A stretch of 64,000 bases of DNA, from IMG/VR virus record IMGVR_UViG_3300042522_000315, positions 20,105-84,104 of that record; one strand, given 5' to 3'. Positions 28,199 to 38,942 of the stretch are shown in pieces. How positions within the stretch are numbered: the stretch's first letter is position 1; the number at the start of each line of letters is the position of its first letter. Position numbers and translations under genes: made by a program. The notes beneath the pieces are model-generated. The model did not search any database. It saw only the letters and a program-made list of their open reading frames with translations, and was not told where the DNA came from. Source of the stretch: a virus.

Positions 28199-29059
28199 AT
28201 GAAAAAGAAAATTAGAGTAGGTTTCGCAGATTTTGGAATGAGTCCAGATTGGTTCATTTCTATTTTATCTCAGAAGTATGATGTTGTTCGTGACGACAAT
28301 GATCCTCATATATTGATTTTTGGTGATGAAAATTTTGGTAACAAAAATGAATCGTATGACTCAGCAAAAGTCTTCAAGGTCTTCTTTACTGGTGAGAACA
28401 GAAGATTTTGGAACTATAAGTGTCATGCTGCTATAACGTTCGACCACATAGATGAACCGTATCATTTCAGATTACCTCTTTATGTTCATGAGATAAACAG
28501 TCTCGTAAATGAACAAGGGTTTTCTACACCATTTAATCTTTCTGAACCAGCAGAAAAGACAGGCTTTGCTTCTTTTGTCGTAAGTAATCCAAATAGTGAA
28601 AAGAGAAACCAACTGTTCAATCTGCTTAACAACTATAAGAAAGTTGACAGTGCTGGACCTTTGTTCAATAACATTGGTTATGTTATTCCTAGACCAACTT
28701 CTGCAAAGATAGATTTTCTTAGAACAAGAAAGTTTCATTTAGCTTTTGAGAACAGCAGTTATCCTGGATACATCACAGAAAAGATTATCCAAGCTGCTTA
28801 TGCTAGAACTGTTCCTATCTATTGGGGAAGCACAACTCTTGAAATGGATTTCAATCCAGAAGCTGTGATAAACTGGCATGATTACAGAGACGATCACTTG
28901 TTCTTAAAGCGAGTGATTGAAGTTGACAGCAATGATGATCTATACTATCATATGCTAAATCAACCTTTGTTTAGAGGTAATAAACCTAACAAGTTTATGG
29001 ATATGGAAGTATTTTTAACATGGTGGGATTCCATGATAATGACGAGGATAAATTTATGA
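28199..29059 (+). CDS. Glycosyltransferase family 10 (alpha-1,3-fucosyltransferase-like)
   Basis: FTGEN, FVVSN, KF.LAFENS..GYITEK, PIYWG. Confidence 0.88.
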   Translation: MKKKIRVGFADFGMSPDWFISILSQKYDVVRDDNDPHILIFGDENFGNKNESYDSAKVFKVFFTGENRRFWNYKCHAAITFDHIDEPYHFRLPLYVHEINSLVNEQGFSTPFNLSEPAEKTGFASFVVSNPNSEKRNQLFNLLNNYKKVDSAGPLFNNIGYVIPRPTSAKIDFLRTRKFHLAFENSSYPGYITEKIIQAAYARTVPIYWGSTTLEMDFNPEAVINWHDYRDDHLFLKRVIEVDSNDDLYYHMLNQPLFRGNKPNKFMDMEVFLTWWDSMIMTRINL

Positions 29060-29886
29060 GTAACATTACTGTAGTCACAGCCTTCTTTGATATTGGCAGG
29101 AGCAATTGGAATAAAACTTCACATGGTATCGATACACCACATTATATTCCAAGATCAACTGAAAGTTATTTCAGCTACTTTGAAAATCTAGCCAAGATTA
29201 GAAACGATATGATTATATACTGTTCAGAAGAACACGCTGAAATCATCTCTAAGATAAGAGAGAAGCAGTCTCCAGGTTCTAGAACAGTTGTTGTTCCTCT
29301 TGACTTTAGTGAAATAGTAAAGAGTGCTAAGCCTGTGATTGAAAGAATTCAGAGTCGCAGAGAGTACATTGAGTTTGTAAATGATCCAAGAATGCCAGAA
29401 TATTGGAATGCAGATTATGTGTTGGTAAACTATCTAAAGACTGATTTTGTTGTTGGTGCATATGAAAGAGACCAAATCAAAACAAATATTGCTGCATGGT
29501 TAGACTTTGGATATGTTAGAAGTGAAAAGACTTTACCTAAGTCTAACATATGGGATTATGACTTTGATCCTAACAAGATGCACTACTTCAATAAAAAAGA
29601 CATTGACTTTGGCAGACCAATCTTCGATATCATAAGACATAATGATGTATACATCATGGGATGTCATTTAGTTGGTGGTAAAGAGGCGTGGTTCAGACAA
29701 TTATCATATAACAAGCAATCTTTATCGTCCATGATTAATTGCGGCTTGATTGATGATGATCAAACAGTATTGTTGATGAACTACAAGATGAATCCAAATG
29801 ATTTTGAACTTCATCCAATTAACGTCAAACGTGAAGAGTGGGATGAATGGAATATCGCAATGCTTAAGTTTAATAAGGAAACTTGA
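29056..29886 (+). CDS. HtrL/YibB-family protein
   Basis: TVVTAFFDIGR..W, AWLDFG, DDDQ. Confidence 0.75.
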   Translation: MSNITVVTAFFDIGRSNWNKTSHGIDTPHYIPRSTESYFSYFENLAKIRNDMIIYCSEEHAEIISKIREKQSPGSRTVVVPLDFSEIVKSAKPVIERIQSRREYIEFVNDPRMPEYWNADYVLVNYLKTDFVVGAYERDQIKTNIAAWLDFGYVRSEKTLPKSNIWDYDFDPNKMHYFNKKDIDFGRPIFDIIRHNDVYIMGCHLVGGKEAWFRQLSYNKQSLSSMINCGLIDDDQTVLLMNYKMNPNDFELHPINVKREEWDEWNIAMLKFNKET

Positions 29887-29887
29887 G

Positions 29888-31111
29888 ATGGTTAAAAAAG
29901 TAGCCGTTATTGGTGCCGCGGGTCACGTAGGTTTCCCATTCAGCCTTGTATTGGCTGATGCTGGACATAATGTCATAGGCATTGATAGAAATCCTGCCGC
30001 ATGTATGCAACTATTAGGCGGCTTTGTACCTCATAAAGAAGAGGGAGCAAAAGACTTGCTAATGAGCTTGCTCAGTACAGATCGTTTGACTTATACAACA
30101 AACACAGAACTCTTAGTAGAATGTGATGCTGTTGCAATCATGATTGGTACTCCTGTTGATGGTGAAGGTAATCCTAGAGTTGATGATATCATTGACTTCG
30201 TGAAGTATGATCTTGCTCCTAATCTCAAAGAAAACGCAGTCGTAATACTGAGAAGCACAGTTGCTCCTGGAACTACTGATCTTCTAGAAAGTATTTTGTT
30301 TGATGAAACTGATGTTCCTTTTCATATTGTATTCGCGCCTGAGCGTGTAGCACAAGGTGTAGGTATTGTTGAAAGTAAGAAGTTTCCTCAGTTGATTGGT
30401 GCAAGAACGAAAGAAGCTTTTGATGCTGCAAAAGAAATCTTTACATTCGTAGAAGAGTGCATTCATCTAACTCCTCGTGAAGCTGAATTTGGTAAGCTTA
30501 TTACAAATATGTATCGTTATGTGACATTTGCTCTCGCAAACGAATTCTACATGATTGGCACAGAACAAGGATTAGATGTTCATAAGGTTATTGATTCTGT
30601 AAACAAGAACTATTCTCGTATGGCATTACCTAAACCTGGCCCAAATGTAGGTGGTCCGTGTTTATTTAAAGACGGTAAGTTTTTACTTGAAAATGTTCCT
30701 TATCCAGAACTGATTCAAGCATCATTCCTCATCAATGAAGGAATGCCTCAATATATGTTCAACGCGATAATGAAAGAAAAACCTGAAACGAAGAGAATTG
30801 GTATACTTGGTGCAACATTTAAAGCAGATTGTGATGATGCACGTAATAGTCTTAGCTTCAAGTTTGCGAAGATTTGTAAGAGACATGGTATTGCGTATGC
30901 ATTCTTTGATCCATATATCGCACATCCCGACAATGTATGGCCGACCCATGATATAAATGATTATGATGCCTTCGTTGTGATGACTCCTCACAACCAGTTT
31001 AAGAAGTTTTACGATGAACACATTTCAAAGAAGACAAACATTCTCATTGCAGATGCATGGAAATTTTTAGACGAAAGCAAGAAAACAAAGAGTGGAATAT
31101 TTTACACATGA
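29888..31111 (+). CDS. UDP-sugar dehydrogenase (Ugd/WecC family)
   Basis: GAAGHVG, GTP, RST, PERV, AE..K...N, GGPCL.KD, FK.D.DD.RNS. Confidence 0.9.
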   Translation: MVKKVAVIGAAGHVGFPFSLVLADAGHNVIGIDRNPAACMQLLGGFVPHKEEGAKDLLMSLLSTDRLTYTTNTELLVECDAVAIMIGTPVDGEGNPRVDDIIDFVKYDLAPNLKENAVVILRSTVAPGTTDLLESILFDETDVPFHIVFAPERVAQGVGIVESKKFPQLIGARTKEAFDAAKEIFTFVEECIHLTPREAEFGKLITNMYRYVTFALANEFYMIGTEQGLDVHKVIDSVNKNYSRMALPKPGPNVGGPCLFKDGKFLLENVPYPELIQASFLINEGMPQYMFNAIMKEKPETKRIGILGATFKADCDDARNSLSFKFAKICKRHGIAYAFFDPYIAHPDNVWPTHDINDYDAFVVMTPHNQFKKFYDEHISKKTNILIADAWKFLDESKKTKSGIFYT

Positions 31112-32097
31112 GCAAGATTTTAGTAACAGGATCTGAAGGTAGTCTGATGCAGGCTGTCATTCCTTATCTATTAGATCAAGGACATGAAGTCATTGGTGTT
31201 GACAATTTATTCAGATACAATGAACGATTGAATATCGCAAAGGGTTATCTATTCGAGAATTTAGATTTGACAAATGCGTATGATGTTCACTCTCTAATAG
31301 GTAAATACAAACCAGATTATATCATTCAAGCAGCGGCAAGGATATTCGGCGTTGGTGGCTTCAACAAGTATTGTGCAGACATTCTTTATAATGATGTGAC
31401 TTTACATGGTAATATTTTAGAGTCTGCATATAATTGGAAAGTGAAGAGAGTCGTTTACATCTCTTCAAGCATGGTATATGAAAATTGTCCTCAAGATGTT
31501 TTTAGACCTGTTTATGAAGATCAAGTAGATGTTTTTCCTGCACCGCACACCGAATACGGAATGTCTAAGTTTATAGGTGAGAGACTATCACGTGCATACA
31601 AAAAGCAATATGATCTTGATTATACGATTTGGCGTCCGTTCAATATCATAACTCCTTATGAGAAGTCTGAAGGTGATGTAGGCATATCTCATGTCTTTGC
31701 AGACTATATCAAAAATATCGTAATAGAAAAGAAACAAGTTTTACCTATCATTGGAGACGGCAAGCAAATTCGTTGCTTCACGTGGATTGATGATGTTGCA
31801 AGAGCAATTGCACAACATTCTTTCTCTGAAACAACGAAGAACGAAATCTTCAATTTAGGAAATAAAGAACCAATTTCAATGTCTGAACTTGCTCTTACTA
31901 TTCGTGATATTGCTGTTGAAAAGGGTATGATTGAAGATAATGCTCTTGTGTTTGACAGCATTGCAGAATATGAGAATGATGTGCGTGTTCGTGTTCCTGA
32001 TGTCACAAAGGTCAAGCAGATGTTAGGATGGGAAGCCAAGATTAAAGTGGATGAAAGTATTGATCGCTGTTTAGAAAAGATAAAAGTGCATGTCTAA
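31108..32097 (+). CDS. NAD-dependent epimerase/dehydratase
   Basis: LVTG, SSSMVY, YGMSK, RPFN, GDG.Q.R.F. Confidence 0.88.
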   Translation: MSKILVTGSEGSLMQAVIPYLLDQGHEVIGVDNLFRYNERLNIAKGYLFENLDLTNAYDVHSLIGKYKPDYIIQAAARIFGVGGFNKYCADILYNDVTLHGNILESAYNWKVKRVVYISSSMVYENCPQDVFRPVYEDQVDVFPAPHTEYGMSKFIGERLSRAYKKQYDLDYTIWRPFNIITPYEKSEGDVGISHVFADYIKNIVIEKKQVLPIIGDGKQIRCFTWIDDVARAIAQHSFSETTKNEIFNLGNKEPISMSELALTIRDIAVEKGMIEDNALVFDSIAEYENDVRVRVPDVTKVKQMLGWEAKIKVDESIDRCLEKIKVHV

Positions 32098-32302
32098 TAA
32101 TTCTATTTGTACGAAGGTGTGTGAATATGAAGACACTAAAAGAATATGCCGAGGATGCGGCAGGACGGCTGAAGAAATCGAAGAATGGTTCTACGCCAAC
32201 AAAGAAAGAAAAATCGAAATCGCCAAAGTCGCCAGGAAACGCACCAAAGATCGCAAAGAAGCCGAGAAGCAAAGGAAAGTGATTTCTGTTGACTTGATCT
32301 GA
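32090..32302 (+). CDS. DUF1289-like Cys-rich protein
   Basis: C...C......C.GCGRT.EEI..W. Confidence 0.75.
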   Translation: MSNNSICTKVCEYEDTKRICRGCGRTAEEIEEWFYANKERKIEIAKVARKRTKDRKEAEKQRKVISVDLI

Positions 32303-32347
32303 TTCCTATAGTATATTGTTATAACTCAAACACACATAGAGGAAGTT

Positions 32348-32578
32348 ATGGCTAGCACCAAGTATTTTACGGAACACGTTGAGATTGATGTTGATCTTTC
32401 TGAATGGACAGATTCCGAACTAATCGAAGAAGTCAAGTCTCGCGGCTACAATGTAGAACAAGAGCCTGACCTCATTGAAGCTGAATACTATTGGAATCGT
32501 GGAAATAAAAAGGAAGCACTTATTCTTGTGGAAAGAGAATATAAGTGGCTTCGTGGAATTGCTAATCTAGCTAACTAA
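32348..32578 (+). CDS. Hypothetical protein
   Basis: SD GAGG; TTGACT...TATATT promoter-like sequence upstream. Confidence 0.55.
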   Translation: MASTKYFTEHVEIDVDLSEWTDSELIEEVKSRGYNVEQEPDLIEAEYYWNRGNKKEALILVEREYKWLRGIANLAN

Positions 32579-32590
32579 ATACTATCAATC

Positions 32591-32664
32591 GCGGGGTTGG
32601 TATATGGGTTGTGCCCCAGCCTTCCAAGCTGTAGAAGCGGGTTCGAGTCCCGCACCTCGCTCCA
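32591..32664 (+). tRNA. tRNA-Gly(TCC)
   Basis: Cloverleaf, loop CTTCCAA, U73-CCA. Confidence 0.92.
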
Positions 32665-32686
32665 ATTTAAATAATGAGGCATAGAC

Positions 32687-32926
32687 ATGATTTGGTTTAT
32701 CGTTTTGAATGTTGTAATGAACAATGGTGATGTTTACACTGATGTTCATTATCCTAACTCTCCCTTATACAACAATGAGCAAGAATGCAATGCTGCTGGT
32801 CGTGAACTCGTAGACCAAAAGCAGATTGAAGTTGGCACAAACTCAGGCCGCACATATTATACTTGTATGGTAATCACTCCTGAGCAAATCAGAACTGCAA
32901 CAGGAAAGTCTGGTAGCAATTCATGA
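32687..32926 (+). CDS. Hypothetical protein
   Basis: SD GAGG; hydrophobic N-terminus. Confidence 0.5.
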   Translation: MIWFIVLNVVMNNGDVYTDVHYPNSPLYNNEQECNAAGRELVDQKQIEVGTNSGRTYYTCMVITPEQIRTATGKSGSNS

Positions 32927-33606
32927 ACTACGTTTTTGATGTAGACGGGACTCTTACTCCGTCTAGAGGTCTGATCGACTCTGAGTTTGAATCATTCTTT
33001 CTAAACTTCTGTAGGACACATCCCGTCTACATTGTTACTGGTTCAGACTACAAGAAAACCGAAGAGCAATTGGGTTCTGATATCTGCTATGCAGTAGAAG
33101 GAATCTTCAATTGCTCTGGTAATCTCTTGGTCAAGAGAGGACTGATAATTCAACAGTATCACTTTAAGCTTACTGAACAAGAAAGAGAAGCACTTGAAAA
33201 TGAAGCAATGATTTCAGGCTTCTCTGTTCGTACTGGTAATCATATTGAAGAACGTATTGGCACTGTCAACTTTTCTATAGTAGGACGTAATGCAAACAAA
33301 GTGCAGAGACATCAGTACATAGAATGGGACAATGCTACAAACGAACGTAAAATTATATGTCAGAGACTGAACAGTATGTTCCCACGACTCGATTGTGTAG
33401 TTGGTGGTGAGACTGGTATTGATATCTTTTTGAAGGGCAAAGATAAGTCTCAGATTGCAAAGTATGTATATCCCTTCACGTTCTTTGGTGATAAGTGTGA
33501 AGTGGGTGGCAACGATCATACAATCTATCTATTAGCTGATCACGCGCATTGGGTAAGAGACTGGCAAGACACATATCAAATTTTAAAGGACATTGTAGAA
33601 CAATGA
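32923..33606 (+). CDS. HAD-IIB phosphomannomutase (eukaryote-type PMM-like)
   Basis: FDVDGTLT, VTGSD, HIEER.G.VNFS..GR, GG...ID, GDK...GGND. Confidence 0.85.
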   Translation: MNYVFDVDGTLTPSRGLIDSEFESFFLNFCRTHPVYIVTGSDYKKTEEQLGSDICYAVEGIFNCSGNLLVKRGLIIQQYHFKLTEQEREALENEAMISGFSVRTGNHIEERIGTVNFSIVGRNANKVQRHQYIEWDNATNERKIICQRLNSMFPRLDCVVGGETGIDIFLKGKDKSQIAKYVYPFTFFGDKCEVGGNDHTIYLLADHAHWVRDWQDTYQILKDIVEQ

Positions 33607-34340
33607 AAGTGTATATTGGACCACATGTAGGCAATCGTTACGTTGCTGATTTCCATTACAAGCATATGAACAAGAAATATGGATATGAGTGGGAAGAAAG
33701 CACCACTCGTTTTGACAAGTTTCTTGAAAAGCTTGAAAGCTGGTGTCAGACTGTTTTAGATGCAACAATCAACAAGCTTGTCAGTAATCGTAAGCGTAAG
33801 ATCAATGTTCGCATTGATAACTATGACACTTGGTCAATGGATCACACGCTGGCACATATCACTCTTCCTATGTTGAAGCAGCTTAGGGATACCAAGCATG
33901 GCAGTCCTTTTGTAGATAAAGAAGATTTGCCTGAACATCTTCGTTTCTCTGAAAGAGAGAAAGCAGTCTTTGATTATGGTTGTTTTGATCATAGTTTGAA
34001 TGCCACTGAAGAAGAACTTGAAGCGGTGGACAAAAAGTTTCAATCTCAGTGGCTTTGGGTTATTGACCAGATGATTTGGAGCTTTGAGCAGGAGCTTGAT
34101 GAGTATGAAAGCGATAAGAATTTCTATGATCCTTATGCTCCTGATGAAGCGATTGAACCTCGTACTTACAGTGTTTTGAAAGCTGATGGCACTGTGGTTG
34201 AAAAAGAAGAATTATGTTGGTCTGAAAAGCGTGAGCGTGAACGCGGCAAGTTCAACAAAGAAAAGTTTGATGCTTATCATAAGCGCAAGCAGAACGGATT
34301 TATTCTCTTCGGTAAATACTATCAGAATCTGTGGGACTGA
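33603..34340 (+). CDS. Hypothetical protein
   Basis: DTWSMD.TLA.I..P.L and GF.LFGKYY..LWD motifs. Confidence 0.6.
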   Translation: MKVYIGPHVGNRYVADFHYKHMNKKYGYEWEESTTRFDKFLEKLESWCQTVLDATINKLVSNRKRKINVRIDNYDTWSMDHTLAHITLPMLKQLRDTKHGSPFVDKEDLPEHLRFSEREKAVFDYGCFDHSLNATEEELEAVDKKFQSQWLWVIDQMIWSFEQELDEYESDKNFYDPYAPDEAIEPRTYSVLKADGTVVEKEELCWSEKRERERGKFNKEKFDAYHKRKQNGFILFGKYYQNLWD

Positions 34341-34342
34341 TT

Positions 34343-34603
34343 ATGAAGTGTAACACATGCAATACTGAGTATAAAGCTATGCCATATCTTGATGAAACAG
34401 AGCAAGCAAATGGTTGTGCTGCAACTCTCTATCTGCATAGTGGCACACACTACATTCTTGCTCATTACGGTTCACGATACGATATGCAACGGTACGCTCT
34501 TAAGCGCGGACCATTTTATGATACAGGTAACATCTGCGATAACTGTATAAATAATCTTATCAATGAAGGCAGAGCAGGCCTAATTGAAGACGGAGTTTGG
34601 TAA
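34343..34603 (+). CDS. Hypothetical Cys-containing protein
   Basis: CxxC...CxxC. Confidence 0.5.
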   Translation: MKCNTCNTEYKAMPYLDETEQANGCAATLYLHSGTHYILAHYGSRYDMQRYALKRGPFYDTGNICDNCINNLINEGRAGLIEDGVW

Positions 34604-35016
34604 CTCTCTAGAAGGAATAGAACTATGACATACAAGACTATTTCCGAAGAAATTCTAAAACAAGCCGCAGAGATTATGGGTCCCGATAGCAACTTTCACA
34701 CAGCACTGAAATGGGGCGATGACTATAGACAAGCAGGTATGAACCCAGTATACTATACTAATGATGAAGAACGTATGGTGTATGTGACTACCGAAGAAAA
34801 GATGAGTGGAACTAAGTTCAATTAAGGAGATACTATGAATATTCTCGAAACACAATGGAAGCAACGTGAGTATGACGGCAAGTGGGAGAAGCTTGCTAAA
34901 ATTATGGATTATGACAACAAGTATGTCTATAAGACCGAAAGTGGATCTAGAATGACATATACCCCAGAGAAGTGGACAACAGTTGGTGTTTTTGATTACG
35001 TAGGAGAAATTGAATA

Positions 35017-35334
35017 ATGGCAGGCAATGTAAAACTTATTAAGCTAACTAATCGTGATGAAATTCTGGCAGAAGTTCTTCACTTTGACAGAGACAATTTG
35101 GTGATGAAGAATCCTGTCCGCATTGTGGTACTTGGCACATCTAAGGTCGATCCAAACACACCAAATGTTGGTATTGCACCATGGGCAGAATTCTCTGAAG
35201 ATAAAGACTTCACGATTGACAGGGTACATGTTCTCTGTATAATGAACCCTGTATCTGATTTCCTTAATCAGTACAATTCTATTTTTGGTGGCATCATTGC
35301 ACCTTCGAGTAAACTCATTCTTCCTGGAGCATAA
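35017..35334 (+). CDS. Sm-like small protein preceding gp43
   Basis: VKLIKL....ILAE...KNP...PW...Y...FG.I..P. Confidence 0.6.
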   Translation: MAGNVKLIKLTNRDEILAEVLHFDRDNLVMKNPVRIVVLGTSKVDPNTPNVGIAPWAEFSEDKDFTIDRVHVLCIMNPVSDFLNQYNSIFGGIIAPSSKLILPGA

Positions 35335-37898
35335 TGACAAATTCATTCTATACTAATGTGCAGGTATACGGCTCACGTATCCTGTATCGTGGCATCGAAA
35401 ACGGATTTCGTATAACAAAGAAAATCGATTATAACCCAACCCTGTATGTGTCTTCAAAAACCCATACAGGGTTTCACACTATTCATGGTGAATTTGTTTC
35501 TGAAATCAAGCCAGGTAACATTCGTGACTGTCGTGATTTCATCAAGCAATATGAGGGTGTAGAAGGTTTTAAAATCTTCGGTAATCAGCGTTATGAATAT
35601 TCGTTCATTGCTGATAACTTTGATGAACATATCGATTGGGACATTGCAGATATAAACGTAGCAAACATCGATATTGAGGTGGGCAGTGAGAACGGCTTTC
35701 CAGAACCTGATGTTGCTAATGAACCAATCACTGCTATTACCATCAAGACAAAACTTGGCTTTCACGTTTTCGGTTGCGGTGATTTCATCAACAACCGCGA
35801 AGACGTTACATATGTGAAGTGTAGAGATGAATTTGATCTGATCTATAAGTTTCTAGATGTTTGGTCTAATAACAAGAATTATCCCGATATCATCACTGGT
35901 TGGAATATCAAGTTCTTCGATATTCCATATCTTGTAAACCGTATTACGAAACTGTGTGGTGAAGCAACTGCAAAGAGACTTTCTCCTTGGGGTGTTATCA
36001 ACGAGAGACAAGTTAACTTTGGTCCAGGTCGTCAATTTAAGACATACTCTATTTTGGGTATAGCATCTCTTGACTATATTGATCTGTATCAGCGTTATGC
36101 TCCTAATGGTAAGTCGCAAGAGTCATATAAACTTGATGCGATTGCTAATGTAGAATTGGGTGAACGTAAGCTTTCATATGAAGAGTATGGTAATCTTCAC
36201 TCACTATATCGTGACAATTTTCAGCTATTCATTGAGTATAACATTCGTGACGTTGAACTCATCGATAAGCTTGATGACAAGTTGAAGCTGATTGAACTTG
36301 TTTTGACCTTGGCATATGACTCCAAAACAAATTATGAAGATGCGTTCACTCAGGTTCGCATGTGGGATATCATCATCTTCAATCATCTTCGAAAGAAGAA
36401 GATCGTTATTCCTCAGAACACCACACATCAGAAAGACAGTATGTATGAAGGTGCATTTGTTAAAAACCCTCTCATTGGTATGCATAAGTGGGTCGCAAGC
36501 TTCGATCTCAATTCTCTGTACCCTCATCTCATTATGCAGTGGAACATTAGCCCTGACACCATCATTGAGCCGGTGCATTATGATGGAACACTAAGAGAGT
36601 TTATCACTCGAAACACAGTAAACGTTGATAATCTTCTTGAGCAGAAGATTGAAACTAGTGTGCTTAAGACTGCTAATGTAACACTGACTCCGAATGGTCA
36701 GTTTTTCACAAAAGAACGACATGGTTTTTTACCTGAGCTTATGGAAACAATGTACAATGACCGTAGCGCATATAAAAAGAAAGCTATCGAAGCTAAGAAA
36801 GAACTTGAAAAAGAAACCGACTCCACAAAACGATATGACATTGAGAAACGCATTGCAAGGTATAATAATCTACAACTTGCGAAGAAGGTCTCTCTGAACT
36901 CAGCTTATGGTGCTTTAGGTAATGAGTTCTTTCGTTTCTTTGATGTGAGACAAGCGTCTGCTATTACTACAGCAGGTCAGTTGTCTATTCGCTGGATTGA
37001 GAATAAGCTAAATGAGTATATGAACAAGCTACTCAAGACGGAGAAAGAAGATTATGTTATTGCATCAGATACGGATAGCATTTATCTGTCACTTGATAAA
37101 TTGGTCAGCAAGACTATTGTTGAGCAGAACCCAACTGCTGACACAAAGAAAATCATCAAGTTCATGGACAAGGTATGTGAAGATCGCATTCAACCGTTTA
37201 TTGACAAAGCTTACTCTGAGCTTGCTGAGTATGTTAATGCCTACGAACAAAAGATGCAAATGAAGCGTGAAGCTCTTGCTGACAAAGGTATCTGGACAGC
37301 CAAGAAGCGTTACATCATGAATGTCTATAACAACGAAGGTGTTGAGTATGCAAAGCCTAAGGTAAAGGTGATGGGTCTTGAGATGATCAAGTCTTCAACG
37401 CCAGCATACTGCCGCAAGATCATGTGGGAAGCTATTGATATTGTACTGAACAAGTCCGAAGATGATATGATTGATATGATTGAAACTTATCGACAAGAGT
37501 TTAGACGACAGTCAATATCTGATATTGCATTTCCTCGTGGTGTGAATGGACTTGGTAAGTTCGCTGATGCTAAATCTATCTTTGGTAAAGGCACACCTAT
37601 TCACGTTCGTGGTTCATTGATGTATAATGATCTGATCAAGCGCAAGAAACTAGACAAGAATTATCCGATGATCATGGAAGGTGAAAAGATCAAGTTTCTT
37701 TATCTTAAAGAACCAAACACAATTCAGTCTAATGTCATTTCGTTTCCTACGATTGTGCCAAAAGAGCTTGATATAGAGAAGTATGTAGACTATGATTTAC
37801 AATTTGAGAAATCATTTCTTGAACCTCTCAAAATCATTCTCGACAGTATCAATTGGAAAACAGAACATGTCAGTTCACTTGAAGATTTCTTCTCATGA
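35334..37898 (+). CDS. 43: Family B DNA polymerase gp43
   Basis: DIE exonuclease, FDLNSLYP, K...NSAYG, SDTDS, KKRY. Confidence 0.98.
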   Translation: MTNSFYTNVQVYGSRILYRGIENGFRITKKIDYNPTLYVSSKTHTGFHTIHGEFVSEIKPGNIRDCRDFIKQYEGVEGFKIFGNQRYEYSFIADNFDEHIDWDIADINVANIDIEVGSENGFPEPDVANEPITAITIKTKLGFHVFGCGDFINNREDVTYVKCRDEFDLIYKFLDVWSNNKNYPDIITGWNIKFFDIPYLVNRITKLCGEATAKRLSPWGVINERQVNFGPGRQFKTYSILGIASLDYIDLYQRYAPNGKSQESYKLDAIANVELGERKLSYEEYGNLHSLYRDNFQLFIEYNIRDVELIDKLDDKLKLIELVLTLAYDSKTNYEDAFTQVRMWDIIIFNHLRKKKIVIPQNTTHQKDSMYEGAFVKNPLIGMHKWVASFDLNSLYPHLIMQWNISPDTIIEPVHYDGTLREFITRNTVNVDNLLEQKIETSVLKTANVTLTPNGQFFTKERHGFLPELMETMYNDRSAYKKKAIEAKKELEKETDSTKRYDIEKRIARYNNLQLAKKVSLNSAYGALGNEFFRFFDVRQASAITTAGQLSIRWIENKLNEYMNKLLKTEKEDYVIASDTDSIYLSLDKLVSKTIVEQNPTADTKKIIKFMDKVCEDRIQPFIDKAYSELAEYVNAYEQKMQMKREALADKGIWTAKKRYIMNVYNNEGVEYAKPKVKVMGLEMIKSSTPAYCRKIMWEAIDIVLNKSEDDMIDMIETYRQEFRRQSISDIAFPRGVNGLGKFADAKSIFGKGTPIHVRGSLMYNDLIKRKKLDKNYPMIMEGEKIKFLYLKEPNTIQSNVISFPTIVPKELDIEKYVDYDLQFEKSFLEPLKIILDSINWKTEHVSSLEDFFS

Positions 37899-38434
37899 GT
37901 TTGGAACAATTTACAAGACTTGCTGGTTCAGGCAATCCTAACCGGAAGAAAGATGACTTCTACGCGACTCCAGATTGGGCTATTGATGCCCTTCTGGACC
38001 GCGAAAAGTTTTCTGGTGAGATTTGGGAACCAGCATGTGGTGATGGTGCCATCTGTAAGAGATTGCAGCGTTACGGATACAATCATATATACGCAACGGA
38101 TCTGATTGACCGAGGATATGGTGATGCACACTTTGATTTTATGTATAGTCATAGAAAAACTGACAACATCATTACCAATCCCCCTTTCAAGATCGGAACC
38201 AAGTTCACCCTTCATGCTTTAAACTTGGCTGAGAAGAAAGTTGCTATGTTCAACAAGCTAAGTTTTCTTGAAGGCAAAGAAAGACGAGATAGACTTTTCT
38301 CTTTGAATGTTTTAGAATATGTGTATGTATTCGGTAATCGTGTCGGATTTAATGGAGGTGGTGGGATGCTTGCCTTCGCATGGTTTGTTTTCAATAATGA
38401 ATATAAAGGTGAACCTAAATTGAGGTGGATATAA
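37895..38434 (+). CDS. DNA amino-methyltransferase (N6-adenine type)
   Basis: DFYATP, WEPACGDG motif I, ITNPPF motif IV. Confidence 0.8.
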   Translation: MSLEQFTRLAGSGNPNRKKDDFYATPDWAIDALLDREKFSGEIWEPACGDGAICKRLQRYGYNHIYATDLIDRGYGDAHFDFMYSHRKTDNIITNPPFKIGTKFTLHALNLAEKKVAMFNKLSFLEGKERRDRLFSLNVLEYVYVFGNRVGFNGGGGMLAFAWFVFNNEYKGEPKLRWI

Positions 38435-38892
38435 TGGCAAAATATGATCACGGTGGTGGATGCCCATGTGGATTATACAAAGAGTGTGATCCAGGATGTA
38501 GAGAATATAAAGACAAAGACTTTGATAAAATAATGGAAAAGATTGCAGCAGAACGCAAAATGCCTTATGTTGAATCAGTAAAACGCCCGTGGGGTGAGTG
38601 GCAGGTACTTGATGTTGATCAGGGATACAAGGTCAAGCGTCTTGAGATTTTACCTGATCAAGCAATCTCACTTCAGTATCATAAGCATCGCTCAGAACAC
38701 TGGACAATTGTGCAGGGTGAAGGTAAAGTCATTGTTGATGGTAGCATCTTTACTGTGAAGAAGGGTGAATCATTTCATGTGCCAAAGCTTTCTCTTCATA
38801 AGATTGCTAATACTCACCTGAATGAAACACTCATTGCGATTGAAGTTCAGATGGGTGAGATATGCAGCGAAGACGATATCGTTCGCTGCTAA
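38434..38892 (+). CDS. Mannose-6-phosphate isomerase cupin domain
   Basis: RPWG, SLQYH.HRSEHW.IV.G, IEVQ.G...EDDIVR. Confidence 0.88.
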   Translation: MAKYDHGGGCPCGLYKECDPGCREYKDKDFDKIMEKIAAERKMPYVESVKRPWGEWQVLDVDQGYKVKRLEILPDQAISLQYHKHRSEHWTIVQGEGKVIVDGSIFTVKKGESFHVPKLSLHKIANTHLNETLIAIEVQMGEICSEDDIVRC

Positions 38893-38942
38893 ATACCTCG
38901 TCACGGAGAATCGTGACATCAACATAATATTGGAGAATCAAT

